From Eledone cirrhosa (taxonomy: Eukaryota), in the NCBI GenBank assembly GCA_964016885.1, contig OZ024745.1:85064001-85128000 (forward strand): DNA of 64,000 nucleotides. The letters run 5' to 3'. The translations under genes and the position numbers were made by a program. The notes under the pieces were generated by a model. The model saw only the letters and a list, made by a program, of their open reading frames with translations, searched no databases and had not been told where the DNA came from. Positions within the stretch are counted from its first letter, which is position 1, and each line of letters opens with the position of its first letter. Below, one piece after another: positions 57,364 to 64,000 of this stretch.

Positions 57364-58330
57364 GTATATATATATGTATACATATATGTATATATATATA
57401 TGTATATATATATGTATATATATATATATATGCAAATGTATATATATATATGTATATATATATATGTATATATATATGTATATATATATATGTATATATA
57501 TATATGTATATATATATATGTATATATATATCTATATATATGTATATATATATGTATATATATGTATATATATATATATATATATATTTGTATATATATA
57601 TGTATATACATATGTATATATATATATATACGTATGTACATATGTATATATATATGTATATATATGTATATATATATGTATATACATATGTATATATATC
57701 TATATATATATGTATACTTATATATGTATATATATATATGTATATATATATGTATATATATATATGTATATATATATGTATATATATATATGTATATATA
57801 TATGTATATATATATGTATGTATATATATATGTATATATATATATATATATGTATGTATATATATGTATATATATATGTATATATATGTGTATATATATA
57901 TATGTATATATATATGTATATATATATGTATATATATATATATGTATATATATATATGTATATATATATGTATATATATATGTATATATATATGTATATA
58001 TATATGTATATATATATGTATATATATATATATATGTATATATATGTGTATATATATATATATGTATATATATATATGTATATATATATATGAATAAATA
58101 TATATGTATATATATATGTATATATATATGTATATATATATGTATATATATATGTATATATATATGTATATATATATATATATATATGTGTATATATATA
58201 TATGTATATATATATGTATATATATATGTATATATATATGTATATATATATGTATATATATATATGTATATATATATATGTATATGTATATATATGTATA
58301 TATATGTATATATATATGTATATATATATG

Positions 58331-58395
<65 letters not shown>

Positions 58396-58407
58396 GTATA
58401 TTATATA

Positions 58408-58460
<53 letters not shown>

Positions 58461-58526
58461 ATATATGTATATATGTATATATAATATATATATATACATA
58501 TATATATATACATATATATATATACA

Positions 58527-58567
<41 letters not shown>

Positions 58568-58610
58568 ATTATATATATATATATACATAATGTATATATA
58601 TATATATGTA
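57106..58610. repeat. Degenerate (TA)n tract, mostly G-interrupted
   Basis: Direct reading. Confidence 0.95.
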
Positions 58611-58611
58611 T

Positions 58612-61600
58612 CTTTTTTTTTTTTTTCTTTTTTACCTGTTTCAGCCATCCGGCTGAGGCCATGCTGGGGCACCGCCCTTGTTGCTACACATTTTATCTCC
58701 AGCCTGTATAGGTTGGCCACTGGTGTAAGAGGGAATTTGTTGCTGCTGCTCCTAGGTTTCCCTCGTGTCTTGCTGTGGGCTCATCCGGGATCCTGGATAA
58801 CAAGGTGTCGAGATGTTTCTTAAAGACAACCACCTCCACGTCATGCAAGTCTCTCAGATGCCTCGGCAGCCTGTTGAAGAGTTGAGGGCCCTTGAATCCC
58901 AGTCTATTGCAATACCTGCTCCTTATTCTAGATGTGGAAGACGGGACCTTTGGCACCACACATTTACGTCCTGTTCGACGGTTGGTCCAGCTCCCAATGC
59001 CAAAGTTTGGTGCTAGTCACTCCAGGATTTTCCACATGTAGATCACTGCGTATCTCTCCCGTCTTAGCTCCAAGGAGTAGAGGTTCAGTTCCTTCAGCCT
59101 CTCCTAGTAGCTTGTCTCCCTCATCTTGGCAATCCTCTTGGTGTAGCTTCGCTGGATTGCCTCGAGCTCCGTGGTTAGTTTGACACTATGGGCTGACCAC
59201 AACTGGGAGCAGTAGTCCAGGCGGCTTAGGACAAAAGTCCTCCACAGTGTCAACATGGTGTCTCGATCTCTTGTCCGGAAAGTCCTCAAGATCCAGCCAG
59301 CGAGTCGTCTGCACATTGTCGCCACTTTCATGATGTGTGAAGAAAAAGTTGCATCATCGCTCATGTCTATGCCTAGGTCTCGTATCGATTTTGACACGGG
59401 GATATCGGTACCTCCTGGTCCTGTGTAGCTGTGTTCCACTATATTTGTGTTTGCAGGTTTGTATTGTAGGGCTTGGAATTTGCCAGAATTAAACTGCATG
59501 TTGTTTTCTTCCGCCCATCTGTATATGGCATCCAGATCCTGCTGTAAAAGGGGAGCGTCAGCCGGGTTTTTGATTGCCTGTGCTACCTTAGCTAGTGAGG
59601 GATGTTGTTGTGAGGGTAGTACGCCGCTAGCCAAGGAGCTTCTGAAGAGCATCTTCAGTGGAGTTGCTAAGGCCCGCTTACATATTTTTAAGAGAACTGC
59701 TGGGAATCCATCAGGTCCAGCAGCCGAGTCTGTTCTAATTTCATCAATGGCGTACACCACATCCTCCTCCGTTATGTCTATGTGGTTGATGGTTGCCATT
59801 TCTTCATGTAGTGTTGTGGCATCAAAGAACTCCTCTGGCTTCGTTATTTGCATGTGCCTCAGTGGACATGTGAACACACTTTTGTACTGTTCGTTCAGTA
59901 TTTCACACATCTCTTGGGGATTTTCGGTTAATGAACCGTCCGTGTGGAAGAGTGGCCCAATCTTTCGCAAATTTAAAGAAGGCCTTAGGGTTTGTTTTAA
60001 TGTTTTCTATGGCCCTGTTCTCTTTGCCCTCTCATTCTCATGTGAAAGTTTGAGTGCAATCTCGGTGTCAAGTAGTGCACGTTTCAAATAGGATTTCTTC
60101 TTGTTTTTGTTTTGTTGACTATTCAACTGGTTTGAGAGTTTAGTTCTACGTCTCATAAGGATTTTCCTATCTCTGGGAATAAGATTTTTGTGTCTGTTTG
60201 CCTCTTTCTCCGGGACAAACTTTTTGCATATAGTGTGTATCGTTGTCATGAAGTGTTGAAATTGTGTGTTTGAGTCTTGTGTGGCGGTGTTTTCACTCCA
60301 TGTTTGCTTCCGGATTTCACTCTTAATCTTTTTCCAGTTAGCCTTGTAGAAGTTAAGGCTGGATAGCGCCTCGGAGCTTCTTGGTGGTTTTGTCTCTGTT
60401 GGTTCTCTTGGACCACATATCATTAGCTCTACTAAGTTATGATCTGAGAGAATTGTTGGTATCACCTTTACATTGTGGATGAGCACTTCGTTGTTTGTAA
60501 AACAGAGGTCCAGGACATGTTCGCCTCTTGTTGGGAGGAGTATTGGTTGCTCCATTAACAGCCTGTGTGTGAGGGCCAGCAGGGATTCCGCCTGTCTCTG
60601 TTCTATTGACGTCATTCCAGTGAGGAGGTGGCCCTCAGGCCATTTGACCTTTGGTAGGTTGAAGTCTCCCAGCAGTAGGCTGCTGAGACCCTGGTCCAGT
60701 TTGTCAAGGACCTCTTCTATCCTACTTAGGCTATCCTCAAATTTACCCTCATGACTGGGGGCATCGGGCGGCCGATATGTGACACATATTACTGTCTGTA
60801 GTTGCTTCATATGTATTATCAGTGTGTCACAGACTGAGTTTGAATGTGTCAACAGTACAATTGGTGTGACATCTTCACGGATATACAGAGCAACCCCACC
60901 ATGAGTTCTCTCCTTCCTGTCCGAACGAAATACAGTATATTTCGGTATATGTATTTGTGCATCTGCTATACTGCTTGTCAGGTGCGTTTCGGTTAGTGCC
61001 ATGCATAGTGCTTGATTGCTTATGGCTAAGTCTCCCAGGTAGGAAATTTTACTCATGTTACTGAGTTTCACCAGGCCCCTGACATTCAGCAGCAGTACTG
61101 GTGTGGCTTTTGGGGTGCCAGTAATGGCTGTCGGTATGACACCTGGTCTGGTGTCAGCCGCGGCCACTCTGGGTCCCTTAACTGTGGTGGTCTCGAGTGC
61201 TGGTGTGGATGACCCTGGCTCTGGAGACGATGCAGCCAGGTCAGCTGTCTCACAATCTTCTCTGCCATCACTTAAACATTTTTCTGATCTGCTGCTGCCA
61301 TCTGTATCTCGTCGGCATGTGCGTGCCTTCTCCTTGTTGGTGCGGCACGCGCGACATCAGCATACTTCTGGAGCGGCTTATTTCGGCTTTGGCTGGGGCA
61401 TGTTGCGCGAGTATGATGGGCATAGTTCGTTTGAGACCTGGGGTGGGCGAATCTGCATCCCATCTCTGTCTCTCCATGCCAGCATGTCCCGTTCTTGAAA
61501 AACTTGCACATTACTTGGGTTTTTTTGCTCCCAGTGTCTCGGTGCTTTCTGTTCTTCCTTTGAACAGTTGTCCACTGGTCCCTCTGCGCTTGGTTCTCCT

Positions 61601-62247
61601 TCGGAAGGTGATTTCGCTTTTCACCTTTTCCCTTTGCTTGTTGGTTGCCCGGCCTGCCCTCCCTGCCTGTGGCGGAGGGTATATCATTTTCTTTCAGGTC
61701 CGTGCTTGTGCTCTCCTCCTTTTCTTTTTCCTCTTCCTTTTCCCTCTCCCTCTCCTCATGCCTCTCTTCGGTTTTCTCCTCCCTGAGGCCACGGCTTAGC
61801 ATCGCCATATTTGGCGCTATGAGGACATACGCCTTCTCAATTTCTTTTCTCTTTCTCTCTATCTGTGCCAGGGTCCTCAGAAACCCATGGCTCTTCAGGT
61901 TCTCCGCCATCTTTTTGCTTGGTGGAGACCCATCAGCTATGGTCCACCCCTTGATCAAAACCGCTAGTTCCATCTTTGATCAGTTTCGTTGACTCCTAAT
62001 TTCACCTTTTTCCTGCATGCAGTCCATTTCACTGTGGAGGGGAGAAAGAGAGACAGTGGGAAGTGTAGGGTAGAGGTTAGAGAGGGAGAGAGGGAGGGAG
62101 GGAGATATAACTCCAGTGAGATAAATATAACTCCAGCGAGAAAAAGAAAGAGAAACAGAAGAAAAGAAAAGAAAAGGGGGAGAGAGACAGAAGGGGGGAG
62201 CGAGAGAGATAGCGGGAAGAGTGGGCGGGGGGGGGGTCAGAGGGAGA
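58612..62247 (-). mobile_element. CR1-like LINE with 5' UTR, ORF1 (CCCH finger), APE endonuclease and internally deleted RT; A-rich tail
   Basis: EN 60007-61167: LNVRGL, LTETHL, RSDR...GGVALY, TYRPP, GDFNLP, LDLCF, SDH. RT remnant 59104-59970: AAGPDG fused to LQQDLD...MQFN. ORF1 61272-~62020. Confidence 0.9.
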
Positions 62248-62413
62248 TATATATATATATATATATATATAGATGTATATATATGTATATATATATATGT
62301 ATTTATATATGTATATATATATGTGTATATATATATGTATATAAATATATATGTATTTATATATGTATATATATATATGTATATATATATGTATATATAT
62401 ATATATGTATATA

Positions 62414-62445
<32 letters not shown>

Positions 62446-62503
62446 CGTATATATATATGTATATATATATATATGTATATACATATATATGTATATATAT
62501 ATG

Positions 62504-62536
<33 letters not shown>

Positions 62537-62549
62537 GTATATATATATG

Positions 62550-62580
<31 letters not shown>

Positions 62581-63109
62581 GAGTTTGCTGAGATTAAAGT
62601 AAGTGAATTTGTCACTACTCTAAAACAATAGCATACGGTCTTCAAAATGCTTTTAATTAAGCATAAAGTGTATTGCAAAATACATTATATATACATCCAT
62701 ATATATATTACTATTTCAGAGCTCCAATTCTAATTTTTAATATATATATATGTATATGGATATGTATATGTATATATATATATGTATATATATATATATA
62801 CAGTATTTTCCGTTGTATTGTAATATAATTACTCACTGCCACCAAGAATTCTCACTGCTATCGAAAAACCACTCCTTCAACTATTCTTCTAACAACTTCA
62901 CCCCTCCATCCTAATATTCTCTATAAAAACTAAATAGGTCCTCAGTAATATTATTCTGATGAAATGACAGTAAATAATAACATTGAAATATTGAATGTCT
63001 GCATAACTAAAAGTTTGTACATAGCAGCTCTTTTAGGTTATGTAACTGTTATAGAAACACGTGTCAATAAATTCCTTTCAACTAAACTGTATACATTCAA
63101 ATCTTTCTA

Positions 63110-63111
63110 TG

Positions 63112-63184
<73 letters not shown>

Positions 63185-63405
63185 GGATGTATATATGCAT
63201 ATATATATATATATGTATATATATATATGTATATATATATAAATATGTGTATATATGTATTTATATATGTATATGTATATGAATATATGTATATATATGT
63301 ATATATATATGTATATAAGTATATATATATGTATAAATATATGTATATATGTATATATATATATGTATATATGTATATATATATGTATTTATATATGTAT
63401 ATATG

Positions 63406-63436
<31 letters not shown>

Positions 63437-63513
63437 TTATATATGTATATATATATGTATATATATATGTATACATGTATATATATCTGTATATATATAT
63501 GTATATATATATG

Positions 63514-63544
<31 letters not shown>

Positions 63545-63585
63545 GTATATATATATATATGTATATATATATGTATATATATATG

Positions 63586-63618
<33 letters not shown>

Positions 63619-63823
63619 GTATATATATATATGTATATATATATGTATATATGTTTATATATATATATGTATATATATATATATGTATATGTATATATAT
63701 ATGTATATATATATATATGTATGTATATCTATATATATGTATATATATATGTATATATATATGTATATATATATATATATGTATGCATATATATATGTAT
63801 ATATATATATGTACATATATATG

Positions 63824-63871
<48 letters not shown>

Positions 63872-63878
63872 TATATAC

Positions 63879-63925
<47 letters not shown>

Positions 63926-64000
63926 CATATATATATATACATATATATACATATATACATATACATATATATATATACATATATATACATATATACATAT
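63110..64000. repeat. Degenerate (TA)n tract, G-to-C polarity switch near 63860
   Basis: Direct reading. Confidence 0.95.

Noticed and set aside
62580-63110. Host exon in unique AT-rich sequence
   Set aside because: No recognisable protein motif or convincing splice-bounded frame

Overview
AT-rich animal repeat desert. The SINE and RTE 3' ends resemble octopus/cephalopod repeats (from memory, unverified). No host exon is recognisable. The window is a scaffold of degenerate (TA)n tracts holding many retroelements. These include about 10 Penelope-like element (PLE) insertions from at least 7 families: Naiad-type RT+GIY-YIG families A-D, one Neptune-type element and two non-coding pLTR-only elements. 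There are also RTE LINEs, two CR1-like LINEs and two tRNA-derived SINEs. Seven PLE insertions are foldbacks (inverted arms of 0.2-4.6 kb, one an apparently perfect 624-bp palindrome). Reading the PLE termini by hand gives about 19 type I hammerhead-ribozyme-like motifs of 9 different designs. They include a U3-A8 compensatory core, a ~105-115-nt helix II domain and minimal forms with palindromic helix III. All ribozyme calls are structural predictions by eye, not tested. Nearly all ORFs in the supplied track (YI/CV repeats) are microsatellite artefacts.
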